A stretch of 64,000 nt of DNA, from contig NW_024704742.1 of the NCBI RefSeq assembly GCF_018977255.1, positions 128,714,001 through 128,778,000 on the forward strand, given 5' to 3'. A program made the position numbers and the translations under genes. The notes beneath the pieces were generated by a model. That model was not told where the DNA came from. It made no database searches and worked only from the letters and a program-made list of their open reading frames with translations. The stretch comes from Callorhinchus milii (Eukaryota). How positions within the stretch are numbered: the first letter of the stretch is position 1; each line of letters begins with the position of its first letter. Of the stretch, positions 9,582-22,108 are shown piece by piece.

Positions 9582-10100
9582 CAACAACAACAAATTACAT
9601 GTGTATAGTGTCCTTCAGGTCAGAAAGATGCCCCAGGGTGCTGGACATCCAGGGGTTTTGGACCTGAGCTAGGAATTGGGGTCAGGAGTGGTGAAGGGCA
9701 GCGGGTTGGGGGTGGGAAGGTGGCCAAAGGCACGGTCGAAGAGGAAGGTCTTTAGAAAGGACTTGAAGGATGCAAGAGAGGGGATGAGGCAGATGGATTA
9801 TGGGATAAAGTTCCAGGGTGTGGGGGCAGAGATGCTAAATGCCTGCCCCCAATGGTGGGGAGGGAAATGTGGGGGACCTGAAGCAGGCCGGTGTGCGTCG
9901 AGCGGACAGGCTAATATGGGGTAAGGAGGTCGCAGAGGTAGGCGGGAAGCAAGACAATGGAGGGCTTTGAGGTGAGAACGAGTGTTTTGAACTTGATTCT
10001 TTGAGGGATGGAGAGCCAGTGAACCTGGGCAAGTATGGGGGTAATCGGTTCACGGTACCTGATGCGGGAGATGACACAAGCTGCAGAGTTCTGAATAATC
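9582..10100 (-). mobile_element. L2 3' fragment
   Basis: L2 3' end and (TTG)n tail, with degenerate QIIQNSAA-type coding remnant. Confidence 0.85.
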
Positions 10101-10934
10101 TTTGGGAAGATTTGGGAAGATTTGGGAAGAGTTCTGAATAATCTTTGGGAAGATTTGGGAAGTGACCGATAAGGAACTAGGGCTCTTAGTCTTGAAAATA
10201 GGAATCTTGGTGGGGTTATTAAAATGTTAAATGGGATAAAGTATGTGAATCTAGATCACTAGTTTCAGATATACACCAGGACAAAACAAGAGGAAACATG
10301 TTCACGATGGTGCAGGGTTATTTTAAGACTTACAATTAGAATGGGCGTGCTAACATCTGGATGGTGGACCATTGCTTATTAATCGCTGGACATGTAAGTG
10401 CAGGACTGAGCCCTTCCTAGGTCGATACCGGGTAATCGCAACCCATTGCAAACCTCAGAACATGCTGCATTCCTCTTAAAGTTTGATGCACAGTTTGATC
10501 ACCAGATGGTGCTACTTTCCCACATGGTTGCTGTGTTAATGTTAAGTTCCAGATTGAAGCTCCGGTGGTGGTTATTTTACTCCCATAACTAATATCACCA
10601 TCTTTCTGATTTATCTGACTTATTTCGTAAAGGAATCCCCAATCTTAAGAAATACACCAAATCACAAAGATTGACTTGTAGCATCGACTAGCAAATCAGC
10701 ACGCATTTTGCAGGTTTTGTTTTATCAGCTTTTTGATTTATTTTTAAGTCATTAAAAATTATTTTAGAAGTCCGCATAAAACAGACCCAAGTTTCTCTTC
10801 CTCAGTTCTAGTAATATAATCACCATGATAACATGATTTTAATACCTTAATACTATACACAGCTACACTTCAAGAAACTTTCAGGAACTTCATTGCAGTT
10901 CTTGGTATTATTGTAAACGTGAAAGCAAAGAGAA

Positions 10935-11495
10935 ACAACAACAATGATAACAAAATTACATTTGTATAGCACCTTTCACATCAGGGGGACATCCCTAAGT
11001 GCTGGACAGATGGAGTTACGGATCCGAGCTGAAGGTCGGGGTGGGGGGAGCAAGGTGGGAAGCAAGGAGATTGAAAGCACGGTCAAAGAGGAGGGTCTTG
11101 AGGTTGTCTTGAAGGTGGCGAGGGAGGGGGCGACACGGAGAGACTCCGGGATTGAGTTTCAGAGGGTGGGTGTAGAGTGGCGGAAGGCCCACCTGCCAAT
11201 AGTGGAGCGAGCATGTTGGGGGACGTGAAGCAGACTGGAGCCCACTGAGTGGAGGGAGTGAACAGGATGGTAGGGGGTTAGGAGATCGGAGAGGTAGGGG
11301 GGAGCAAGACCGTGGAGGGCTTTGAAGGTGAGGACCAGGATCTTGAACTGTATCCTCTGTGTGATGGGAAGCCAGTGGAGTTGAGCAAGGATGGGGGTGA
11401 TAGGGTCGCAGAGCCCAGTGCGGGAGAGGACACAGGCTGCAGAGTTCTGGATGATCTACAGCCTGTGGAGGAAGGAGTTGGGGCAAGGCAAGAGA
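10935..11495 (-). mobile_element. L2 3' fragment
   Basis: IQFKILVLTFKALHGLAP and LKTLLFDRAF remnants plus the L2 tail. Confidence 0.9.
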
Positions 11496-11914
11496 TCTAG
11501 AAAACAATGAGAACAGGACTTATGCCCTATAAAAAGCAACAAACAAAGCCATACTTGCAATTCAGTTAAAGAAAAACAACAAATAACAAAAGATTGACAA
11601 CATAAAGAGATCACAAGATGCAGGATGATATTGAATGATGTATCTCAAAGAGCTTAAAGCCACAAAAGAGTGGGTTTGTTCGTAACTTGGAAAACAACCG
11701 TGGCTCAATTAAGACTTACAAAACAAGGAAGACCTCAATTAACACAAAACCACATATCTTGAGATGTCCTCCTGACAGGAAAGGAGCTTTATAAATATAA
11801 ATTTGTATTCTTGTTATACTGTAACCACAGAAAAACAAAAAATTGTAATTCCGTTGACTTTATGATAATCCTTTATCTTGTGCTAGTTGCACGTTTCTAC
11901 TTGGACATTCAACA

Positions 11915-12062
11915 AGGTAATTATTTGCGGAGGACAAGTTTGCAGGGCTATTAGGAGAGCGCGGGGGAGTGGGATTGAATTGTATGCTCTTTTCAAAGAG
12001 CCGGCACAGACACGATGGGCCGAATGGCCTCCTTCTGTGCTGTCTACTTCTATGATTCTATG
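11915..12062 (+). mobile_element. CR1 3' end
   Basis: GGCACAGACACGATGGGCCGAATGGCCTCCTTCTGTGCTG followed by (ATTCTATG)-type repeats. Confidence 0.88.
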
Positions 12063-12651
12063 AAGGTGGGATCATTTCCCAATGTCTCAGGTCAGAACTT
12101 TGAACTTATATATTTCAAGCTGACACTCCAATACAGTGCTACGATTATGCTGCATTGTTGGAGTTACCATCCTTCGGATGAGATATAGTCTGAATACACT
12201 TCACTTAACAGTATAAACAGTCAATAGCTTTGAGATGTCCTCCTGATGTGCATGGCATTATATCAAATGCAAGGATTAGTATTATTATAACCACATAGTG
12301 GCTCTGCTACCAAAACATTTTGGGATAATGTTGTATGATGAGGTATTTCAGATTGTTGACAGTGGGGCTTAATTTGCATGACTTCGTAAAGGAATCCCGA
12401 ATCTTAAGAAATACAGGAAAAAATCTCGTGAAAGACGCGATACAATTGTAATGTTGTTGTTGTAGCATTGTCTTGGAAAGTTCATGAAAGATGACGTTCA
12501 TTGGTATAGATCTGCACTGATGATTTAACTTAAGGGTGAGTTTCAACCAAATCTGGTTGCTGTGTTCTGATCTTAAATGCTATTGTAATATTTCAACAAA
12601 GATACTGCTCATTGATTCTCATCATGTGAGAGTAAATCAGTAATCTAGCAT

Positions 12652-13001
12652 ATAATAATAATCCTTGCATTTAATATAGTGCCTTATCACATCTTCGAGA
12701 CGTCTCAAAGCGCTTCACAAAATATACTGTCAAGTGAATTGACTGTATATTTTGTGGGTGAAACACAGCAGGCAATTACGCACAGCAATGTCCTACAAAC
12801 AGTCGTGGATTGAAGTGACCAATTTTTTTTAAAAAATTTTTGAAGGCATTAATCTCCCCGGAAAAGTAACAGCTGGGTTCCTACTTACTGCTAGGTAAAC
12901 AGAGGCATGTGGAGTAAGGAAACTTTTCACCCTGCCGGGAATCAAACCCAGGTTTCTCGCTTGCGAGGCGAGTGCTCTAACTACTGTGCTACAGGACTCC
13001 A
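12652..13001 (-). mobile_element. tRNA-derived SINE, long (older) subfamily
   Basis: tRNA head, internal CCTCTGTTTACCTAGCAGTAAGTAGGAACCC segment, Deu body and (ATT)n tail. Confidence 0.92.
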
Positions 13002-13220
13002 TGTACTGCACATTATATCAGTAGCTAATGACTATATAAAAATACTGCACCATGCATGAAGCAGTCTTTGTCAGAGTCATTCTTGAAATAGAAAACCTAC
13101 TGTAAGCTTAAAAATGATACTTCTTGCTTTTGATATTATGCCTTTCACTTCAGGAGGACGTCTCAAAGTGCTTCACAGGATTTACTGTAAAGTGGAGTGG
13201 TTGTACTGCACTGCATTGTG

Positions 13221-13537
13221 TAATAATAATAATAATCCTTGCATTGATATAGCACCTTATCAAGTCTTCTCAACATCTCAAAGCGCTTCACAGAATATCC
13301 TGTAAAGTGAATGGACCGTATATTTGTGGGCGAAACACGACAGCCAATTGCGCACAGCAGTGTCCCACAAACAGTCGTGGATTAAAAATGACCAATTTAT
13401 TATTGTTTGTTTTGGAGGGATTATTATTAGGCGTGTGGAGTAAGGAAACTTGCTCAAGGTTTCGCCCTGCCTGGAATTGAACCCAGGTGTCTTGCTTGCA
13501 AGGCGAGTGCTCTAACCACTGAGCTACAGGACTCCAC
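13221..13537 (-). mobile_element. tRNA-derived SINE, short subfamily
   Basis: Full-length reverse-complement copy. Confidence 0.93.
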
Positions 13538-13624
13538 AAATTAACATTAACATCACCATCATCATTACCATCATCAATAACATCAACATAAACATCATCA
13601 TCAACATCATCATCAACATCATCA

Positions 13625-13990
13625 TCAATAATAATCCTTGCATTTGACCCAGCGCCTTATCATGGCTTCGAGACAAATTAAATTTAAATTAAATTTACAA
13701 ATTAAAGTGTAGACAAATTGAGTAGCCAATTTGCGCATGGTAGTGTCTCACCTGTGTTATACTCGCTGGACTTAACAATTATAATCATTGCAATTGATAT
13801 AGCACCTTGTCACGTCTTTGACACATCTCAAAGCGCTTCACAGAATATAGTGTAAAGTGAATTGACTGTATATTTTGTGGGTGAATGCAGCAGCCAATTG
13901 CATACAGCAGTGTCCCACAAACAGTCGTGATTGAGTGACCAAATTATTATTTTTTTATTTTTTTATTTTTGAAGGGATTATTACTCCTGG
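13625..13990 (-). mobile_element. Two partial SINE copies (3' halves)
   Basis: Tail and Deu segments present; no tRNA head. Confidence 0.8.
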
Positions 13991-14205
13991 AATAAAAATT
14001 ACGTTAAAAATTAAGAATTGTCCAAAATTAACAGTACATTCTCTGAAATGCTGAGTAAAGAAGGCTAGACATAGATAAAATAGCTAATATATAAGGTCAC
14101 TATAAGAAAGAGCACAAGCTGAACCATTCCCATTTATTTAATTCGGACTACGCCTTCACATCTATCAGAAAGTTCCCTTACAGTTCCTTGTCTATATACT
14201 ACTAC

Positions 14206-14514
14206 TAATAATAATCCTTGCATTTGATATCGCGCTTTTCACGTCGGGAGGACGTCCCAAAGCGCTTCACAGAACACACTGTAAAGTGAATTGAATATAT
14301 TTGTGTGCGAACGCGGCAGCCAATTGCGCACAGCAATGTCCCACAAACAGTCATGGATTGAAAATGATCAATTTTATTATTGTTTTGTTTCAGAGGGATT
14401 ATTATTAGGCGTGTGGAGTAAGGAAACTTGCCCAAGGTTTCGCCCTGCCTGGAATTGAACTCAGGTCTCTCGCTTGCAAAGTGAGTGCTCTAACCACTGA
14501 GCTACAGGACTCCA
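14206..14514 (-). mobile_element. Young tRNA-derived SINE, full length
   Basis: Near-identical reverse complement of the young SINE. Confidence 0.95.
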
Positions 14515-15129
14515 AGGTATATAAAACCTTTCAGAAGACAGCTGTTCAAACCAAAGTACTTTAACGCCCTAATTAAAATGCTTTTCCTAGTTTCACTCTG
14601 GATATAATGTGTTACTTTGCCTTCAGTTCTATCCCTCTGGAGAGGTTTTACAGGGCCAGGCAGGCAATTTTGTTCCTTTTTCCATTAAGTCATCTTGTGT
14701 AGTAACTTTATTTTCTTGCTACAAGAAGTCAAAGTATTTATAGTTCTGCAGCGCTTTTTTGCTGTTCCCTTCTTCACCGAACTCCAATCTATTGCCTGCT
14801 GTGTTACCTGGGAGGTTGTGGCAGGTAAATCACCTGAAACAATAGTCCCAAGTTTAAGACATGCACTGCAAATATGGAGAACTGATTTTTTAAAAATCTT
14901 CCCCGAGTTCTGGGGAAGTAGTTGGATCCAATTTCTGCTCCAAAATGCATTTTTTTGGAGCAGAAAAAATCTATAGCATCATTTAACAGGATAAAATGCT
15001 TGTACAAGTTTTCCAGTTTAAGTTTCATCAACCCTGCATAAAAGAAAAACATGTTATAATTTCAATTTTATGATAAAAATTGATATGCCATAAATGGCTG
15101 TATTAAGAACAGAATTACATATTGTGTTG

Positions 15130-15535
15130 TATAGGTTCAAAGAAATTTACAACACAGAAGGAGGCCACTTGGACCATCGCAAGCTGTCCATTCAATTCCC
15201 ACTGCCTCATCTTATCCCAAGCCCCTTCAAGCCTTTTACTTTCATGTAAATGTCTTGTAGACGACAGTGCACTCTGCCTCTACTACCTACTCATCAGGGA
15301 ATTCCACATTCCAACAACTCTGTGAAAACATTTCTCCTCATCTCTCCTTTCGCTCTTCTTGTGACTGTTGTGACTATCTTATATCCATGTAATCACAGAT
15401 TTCCCTACCAGTGGAAATTGCTTCTCTCTATTTACCCTATCAAAATTCCTCATAGTTCTGTACAACTCTATCAGGTCCTCTCTCAACCTTCTGTGTTCCA
15501 ATGATACAGACTTAAATTCTCTCCAGTCTCTCCTC
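15130..15535 (-). mobile_element. CR1 3' fragment, followed by short L2 tails at ~15540-15645 and ~15800-15950
   Basis: ORF remnant SLEHRRLREDLIELYRTMRNFDRVNREKQFPLVG. Confidence 0.85.
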
Positions 15536-16319
15536 ATAACTCCTCCTCCCTCCCCATGGCTCGGCATCAGGCTTTGCCACTGTTAAGTGCTCTGTGACCC
15601 TGCCCTGTGTGAAAGGCGCTGTATAAATGCAAGTTATTGTTTTATAACTATAGCCCCTTATCCCTAGTAACTTCCAGTTTTTACTGTAAATACTATACTG
15701 CATTAATATGGGACAATCTTTCCATTTCTTGTCTGATTTACGAAGCACTTACTCAATTAGCTCTTTAAGACAGGCTTCTGAAGTGAAAGTGAAGATTGTA
15801 TTTGGCCACCCTCCTACCTATACCCTCTCTGTCCTTCACCCACTCTGATTGCCCTGCTCGGGTCCAAATCCCAGACTGTCCAGATCCTTGGGACGTCCTC
15901 CCGACAAGAATGGTGCTTTACAAATGTAATTTGTTGTTATTTGTTGTTATTACATGGAGTATCTCTACAGTGTGCCACAAACTTCCATGAGTTAGGGGGT
16001 CTCTTCAAAATTATTTCACTGCAGTACACAAAATGGCTTTCAAATGAACCACAATTCACACAAAATCACAATTATTTTGAAAATTAAGCTTTAACTTTCC
16101 TGTTCCAGTCGTATTCTTCACATATATTCTTCCCTTATTCTCTGTTCTGGGTTTAAAGGTTTGACTTTTTATAATAAACAGCTCACATAAAACTAAACTT
16201 TTGTTGTCCTTTGAGTTGTACAACAAAATGATTTACGTGCATCTATTATTCAAGGTTTGTGGGTGATTAATTAATTTGCTTTTTATCTCTGTTGTTGTGC
16301 TCGTAAGCAGATTCGCTAC

Positions 16320-16680
16320 ACATTCCATATGGTCAACACATGGAAGATTAGGGAAAGATTATTCCTGCTGTTTGTTGAACTTGAACAAACAAGAAGGCGT
16401 AAACTCAGGATTGTTACCGGAAAGTTATGAGTGAGGTTAGAAGATTCTGATTCATGTTGAGGATTGTTAGAACATGGAATGCTTTGCCATCGGGAATACT
16501 GAAGGTGAGAGCATTTCAACATATAAAAGGAAATTGGACACTAATTTGAAATGAAACAATATTAAAAAAGCAGGGAATTGGGATTAAAGTCTTTAGCTCC
16601 AATGGAGGAGTTAACACCAGCATAGCTTTTATTTTACAGAATGGTCTCCTTCTGCAGTGTCATTTTTATAATTCTATTGG
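16320..16680 (+). mobile_element. Degenerate CR1 3' fragment
   Basis: Remnant of the RVVRTWNALP motif (GTTAGAACATGGAATGCTTTGCC) and an AATGGTCTCCTTCTG end. Confidence 0.65.
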
Positions 16681-17255
16681 TATTATTTTGCAGTACATTA
16701 GTGATTTATTACACTTGTTTCATCTTGAATTGTGCTGCTCATCAAGTGACTCTTGTACCAAGAGAGTGCAAGGTACCTGCTCTCCACCTAGTGAGAGTTC
16801 AAACCTACGCATGTAGGATGTCCAATGACCAATTAATCACTATCCTCGTTGGGGGGAAATAAGCTTAGTGTCCTTGCGGGTGAACTGTCTCCAAGTTGAC
16901 CAATAATTTGGTCACTTAATTCATGACTGTTTGTGGGACACGACAGTGCGCAATTGGCTGCCGCATTTCACCCACAAAATATACATTTAATTCACTCTAT
17001 AGTATATTCTGTGAAACGCTTTGAGACATCACTAAGATGTGATAAGGCGTTATATCAAATGGAAGGGTTATTATTGTCTAGCAATAGAATATCAGAATTG
17101 AGTTAATCCTCTGGGTAGTCCAGTTCTTGAGCCAGATCGATTTGCAATAGTGAAAGGCACTGCTAATGACAGACAGGCCAGTTTGGGATATCGGCAGGAC
17201 TTTGAGTGGCAAACTGGTGACTGGTCATGGGATACTTACCACTCAGCTACTTTTA

Positions 17256-17576
17256 GTGGAGTCCTGTAGCTCAGTGGTTAGAGCACTCGCCTTGCAAGCG
17301 TGACACCTGGGTTCAATTCCAGACAGGGCGAAACCTTGGGCAAGTTTCCTTACTCCACATGCCTAATAAGAATCCCTCCAAAACAAAAACAATAATAAAT
17401 TAGTCATTTTCAATCCATGACTGTTTGTGGGACACTGCTGTGCGCAATTGGCTGCCGCGTTTCGCCCCCAAATATACAGTCAATTTACTTTACAGCATAT
17501 TCTGTGAAGCGCTTTGAAACATCTAGGAAAAGCGCTATATCAAATGCAAGGTTTATTATTATTTATTATTATTATT
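17256..17576 (+). mobile_element. tRNA-derived SINE, full length
   Basis: tRNA head, Deu body and (ATT)n tail. Confidence 0.93.
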
Positions 17577-17649
17577 TAACCCTGGAACCCAAAGCCCTGA
17601 AAGGCATGCATGGTATTCCTAGCTTGAAAAAAAATCTTTGCGGTTGATA

Positions 17650-17945
17650 TGTCAGGAGGACACCTCAAAGCTCTTCACAAACAGCCATGACCAATTTTAT
17701 CTGGAGTATTGTTGGCCAGGACATTGAGAGAAAGTCCCCCTTCTTTTCAACTAGGGCATTTGGATCTTTGACTTTCACCTGAACAAGAAGACAGGGGCAT
17801 CTTATAGAAAGAGTGCCACGTCAGACCATGCAGCACTCCCCCAGCACAGCCTGGACTGTGAAATCAAAGTCCCGATGTGGGGCTTGAGATTAAACCTATA
17901 TTCTCTGAGGCAAGAGTGCTACCAACTGAGCCAAGCTGATGCCAA
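17650..17945 (-). mobile_element. Old DeuSINE
   Basis: Reverse complement GGCTCAGTTGGTAGCACTCTTGCCTCAGAG...GTTCAGGTGAAAGTCAAAGATCC; colinear with the copy at 28983. Confidence 0.8.
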
Positions 17946-18189
17946 TAAAACAAATTCTGCTCCAGTTAGGGCAACCAGAATAAATGTAACATCAGACTTT
18001 GACCACAAGAGGTCATCATATGGCAAGAATTAAATCTGATCGGTTTAGTTTTGGAATACAAGAGATATAAACCCTCAGATGACTGTAAAGCATAGGCTGC
18101 ATTCTTTTAAAATTCTGCTATATTTTTGCAATATCTTCAAATAAAACATTACAACTAAATGTAGTCGGGTTGTGGGGGCCTAGTCTAGC

Positions 18190-19250
18190 CCCCGCACTGT
18201 CACGTGTGGGGTCCTCAGAGCTCTGTCCTCGGTCCCCTCTTCAATCTATACATGCTCCCACTCGGCGATATCATCCGCAGGCATGGAGTCAATTTCCACA
18301 TGTATATGGATGACACCCAACTCCATCTCGCCGCCTCCACCTTCGACTCCAGGACCGTTGGTGTCCTGGCTAATTGTCTGTCTGACATCAAGTCCTGGAC
18401 AAGAGCCATCTTCCTCCAGCTCAATGTTGGCAAGACAGAGGCTCTCCTGCTTGGCTCCTGGCAGTGCCTCATCACCTCAGCCGCTGACACTATCACCATT
18501 CATGGCTGCACTCTTCACCTCACTGAGCCAATCCAAACCCTCAGTGGCCTTTTCGACCCTCAGCTATCCTTCAAACCCCACATTCATGCCGTGACCCGTT
18601 CCGCTTTTCCACACCTCCACAACATTGCCCGCCTCCGCCACTGCCTCTCACCGCCAGCCGCCAATACCCTCATCCACGCTTTTGTTACATCCCAGCTTGA
18701 CTATGCCAACTGTCTGCTCACTGGACTTCCCAACTCTTCTCTCCACAAGTCGCACATTATTCTGAACTCTGCAGCTCGTGCCCTCTCCCGCACCAGAGTC
18801 CGGGAACCTATCAACCCCCCATTCTTCCCCGGCTTCACTGGCTCCCCTTTCCTCAGAGAATCGAGTACAAAACCCTTATTCTTATCTTCAAGGCTCTCAT
18901 AACCCCATATCAGCCTGTCCGCTCCCTCCGCTCAGCAGACAGCGGTCTGCTTCATGTCCCCGGCACTTCCCATGCCACCATTGGGGGTCGGGCATTCAGC
19001 ATCTCTGCCCCCACACTCTGGAACTCTATCCCGCAATCCCTCTGCTTCATCACCTCTCTTGCCTCCTTCAAGTCCCGTCTGAATACCTTCCTCTTTCACC
19101 ATGTCTTTGGCCACCCTCCCACCTGCACCACTCTGCCCTCCACCCCTCCTGACCCCAACTCCCAACTTGGATCCCAAATCCCTGATTGTCCAGCACCCTG
19201 GGATGTCTTTCCGACATAAAAGGCACTATACAGGTGTAATTTGTTGTTGC
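18190..19250 (+). mobile_element. L2 LINE fragment (RT core to 3' tail)
   Basis: [34 protein letters not shown]...LQLNVGKTEALL...LDYANCLL, ending in a (TTG)n tail. Confidence 0.95.
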
Positions 19251-19692
19251 TGTGGTAACGATATAGACTCAGGAGTTCCCCAGCACATTTAAGTAATACT
19301 GTGTTACAAAATAAAGACATTAATCAAAAGGTGTTTGTTTTTCAATATTAGAGAACTTGATAAAAAATATTATGTTCAATGATTAATATTTTATGTCTAA
19401 GTATTAAACTTTCCTGTAGCAAGATCTTCTTACATTCATGACTGCGCATTACTTAACCATGGGTTTGTGCACATTATTCCATTTATCCAGTATAACCTGT
19501 AAGTTCCTTTAATTTAATCACTAACACAACAATTGCATCCTTCATGGCTTTAATTAATAAGGTTTCCTAAACGTTCAGCTAATCCAGTTACTTATGCACA
19601 GAAAAGAAATGTTTTTGTTAGAGCAAGCACTCTATAATGCATTACCATAGTAACCAGTTCAATTACAATTCTTTTTATTGAAATTATATATC

Positions 19693-20013
19693 GTGGAGTC
19701 CTGCCGCTCAGTGGTTAGAGCACTCACTTTGCAAGCGAGACACCTGGGTTCAATTCCAGGCAGGGCGAAACCTTGGGAAAATTTCCTTACTCCACACACC
19801 TAATAATAATCCCCCCAAAAAGTAAAACAATAATAAATTGGTCATTTTCAATCCACGACTGTTTGTGGGATACTGTTGTGCGCAATTGGCTGCCACGTTT
19901 CGCCCACAAAGATACAGTCAATTCACTTTACGGCATATTTTGTGAAACGTTTTGAGACGTCTGGAGGATGTGAAAAGCGCTATATCAAATACAAGGATTG
20001 TTATTATTATTAT
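19693..20013 (+). mobile_element. tRNA-derived SINE, full length
   Basis: Head, body and tail as in the other copies. Confidence 0.93.
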
Positions 20014-20163
20014 AAAGGGGAAATGCCAAAAGTAGTACCTATTAAAATGTCTCCTCCATATGAAAAACTGAATTCTTAAGAGTATTATGTCGGCTTCGAA
20101 TTGGTGTAGGTAATAATAATGAGGCATGTTCTCTTCGATTTCTTTTTGTGCATTAGGTGATTA

Positions 20164-20478
20164 GTGGAGTCCTGCAGCTCAGTGGTTAGAGCACTCGCTT
20201 TGCAAGCGAGAGACCTGAGTTCAATTCCAGGCAGAGGGCGAAACCTTGGGCAAGTTTCCTTACTCCACACAGAGCCTAATAATAATCCCTCCAAAACCAA
20301 AAACAATAATAAATTGGTCATTTTCAATCTTCGACTGTTTGTGGGACATTGCTGTGCGCAATTGGCTGCCGCGTTTGCCCACAAATATACAGTCAATTCA
20401 CTTTACAGTGTGTTCTGTGAAGCGCTTTGGGACATCCTCCCGACGTGAAAAGCGCTATATCAAATGCAAGGATTATTA
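20164..20478 (+). mobile_element. Young tRNA-derived SINE, full length
   Basis: Near-identical to the copy at 4393. Confidence 0.95.
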
Positions 20479-20666
20479 GGTGGCATTACTAGAAATGCAG
20501 CCAGAGAGCACTATAACAAGGAAAGGTGTCTAAAGGACTCAACTTTAACAATCCCAGAATGACATGAAGAATTATAGAATTTATTTGAGTCATTCCGGTG
20601 TCTAACATATTTGGAAACCCATTACAGTGCTCAACAGTATCCAAACCACACTGAGAGTTCCACATA

Positions 20667-20989
20667 TAATAATAATCCTAGAATTTGATATAATGCTTTT
20701 TAAATGGAATAATGTGCACATCTTCTAGACGTCTCAAAGCGCTTCAGAGAATAAACTGTAAAGTGAATTGACTGTAAATTTGTGGGCAAAGTGGCAGCCA
20801 ATTGCGCACAGCAGTGTCCCACAAACAGTCGTGGATTGAGTGACCAATTTCATTATTGTTTTTTCTTGAGAGATTATTATCAGATGAGTGGAGTAAAGAA
20901 ACTTGCCGAAGGTTTCGCCCTGCCGGGAATCGAACCCAGTCTCGCTCTTGCAAGGCGATTGCTCTAACCACTGAGCTACAGGACTTCAC
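20667..20989 (-). mobile_element. tRNA-derived SINE inserted into a copy of the unclassified repeat
   Basis: Flanked by two colinear halves of the unclassified family (20585-20665 and 21005-21345). Confidence 0.88.
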
Positions 20990-22108
20990 ATATATATGTT
21001 ACTTACGAATGGAAATTCCTGTTGTCTAGAAAGGAATGCACACTCTCCCTGGAGGAATACACCCTTTGACTGACTGCTCACCTAATTCTGGAGAGTAGGG
21101 TTTGGATTTTCATGGTTAGTAGGAGCCTGTGGATATAATCTCTGTCCCAAGAGACTTGTCTGGTCCTCCGATTCCTGCAGACAGGCCAAGCTGGTCTGTA
21201 ATCAGCAGTGGCTTGGCGTTCTGTTGATCTGCTAAGCTAAGAAATTGGACTACTGAAATTAAACTAAATTCTGACACTCCATTGCCAAGCATGTCACCAG
21301 CTCCAAGGAGACCCCACTCACCCCTCCTCCTTGAGGATAGCATTACAAATAGGAAAACCATGCATGCTCCAACAAGAGATGTTTAATTCTTCATTTGAAA
21401 TGTTCATTCAAATAACAGGTGAAAATCCTGTCTCCAAGACAATTCCACAAGTGGGTAAAACCTTGCAGTTGGTTATGCATACAAATTCTGTAGACTGCTG
21501 CAGAAACGTCACATACTACTGAAGTAACTTTTATATTCATAGTCAAAATATGAGACATGCAGAAAGCAAATTATTGATCCAGAAAAGAGTGAAATAAGGA
21601 ATGAATCCATACAATCATAATAATCCTTACATTTGATAGCACTTTATCACAATGGGAAGACATCTCAAATGCTTCACAGAATTTTTACTTTTAAGTGTAG
21701 GCTTTGTATCTTTTGGGTAAATGCGACAGCCAATTTGTATACAGAAATGTCTCACAAACATTTTTGAATTCTGTGAATTCAGAAGATTGTCATATTTAAA
21801 TTCTGCTTGTACATAAGACAAGAACCATCCAAGGGTTCTCTAGCTAGTATGGGACTTCTTCCAGGATTAATCCAATCATTCTTGTTTCAAACTACTCAAG
21901 ATCATTGTTGATCTTTTACACCTTTGTCCTTTTTGGAATTAACACACGGAACATGTTGTTTTTCCATTCGCTAATATTAATGAAAAAGTTTGTTCGATAG
22001 CTTGTCCTTCATTAGCAGTGCATGTATCTAGTAGTACTAACAGGTAAAAATCCTTGTCTGTAAGACAATTATACACATGGCTAAAACATTGTAGTTGGTT
22101 ATGCAAAC

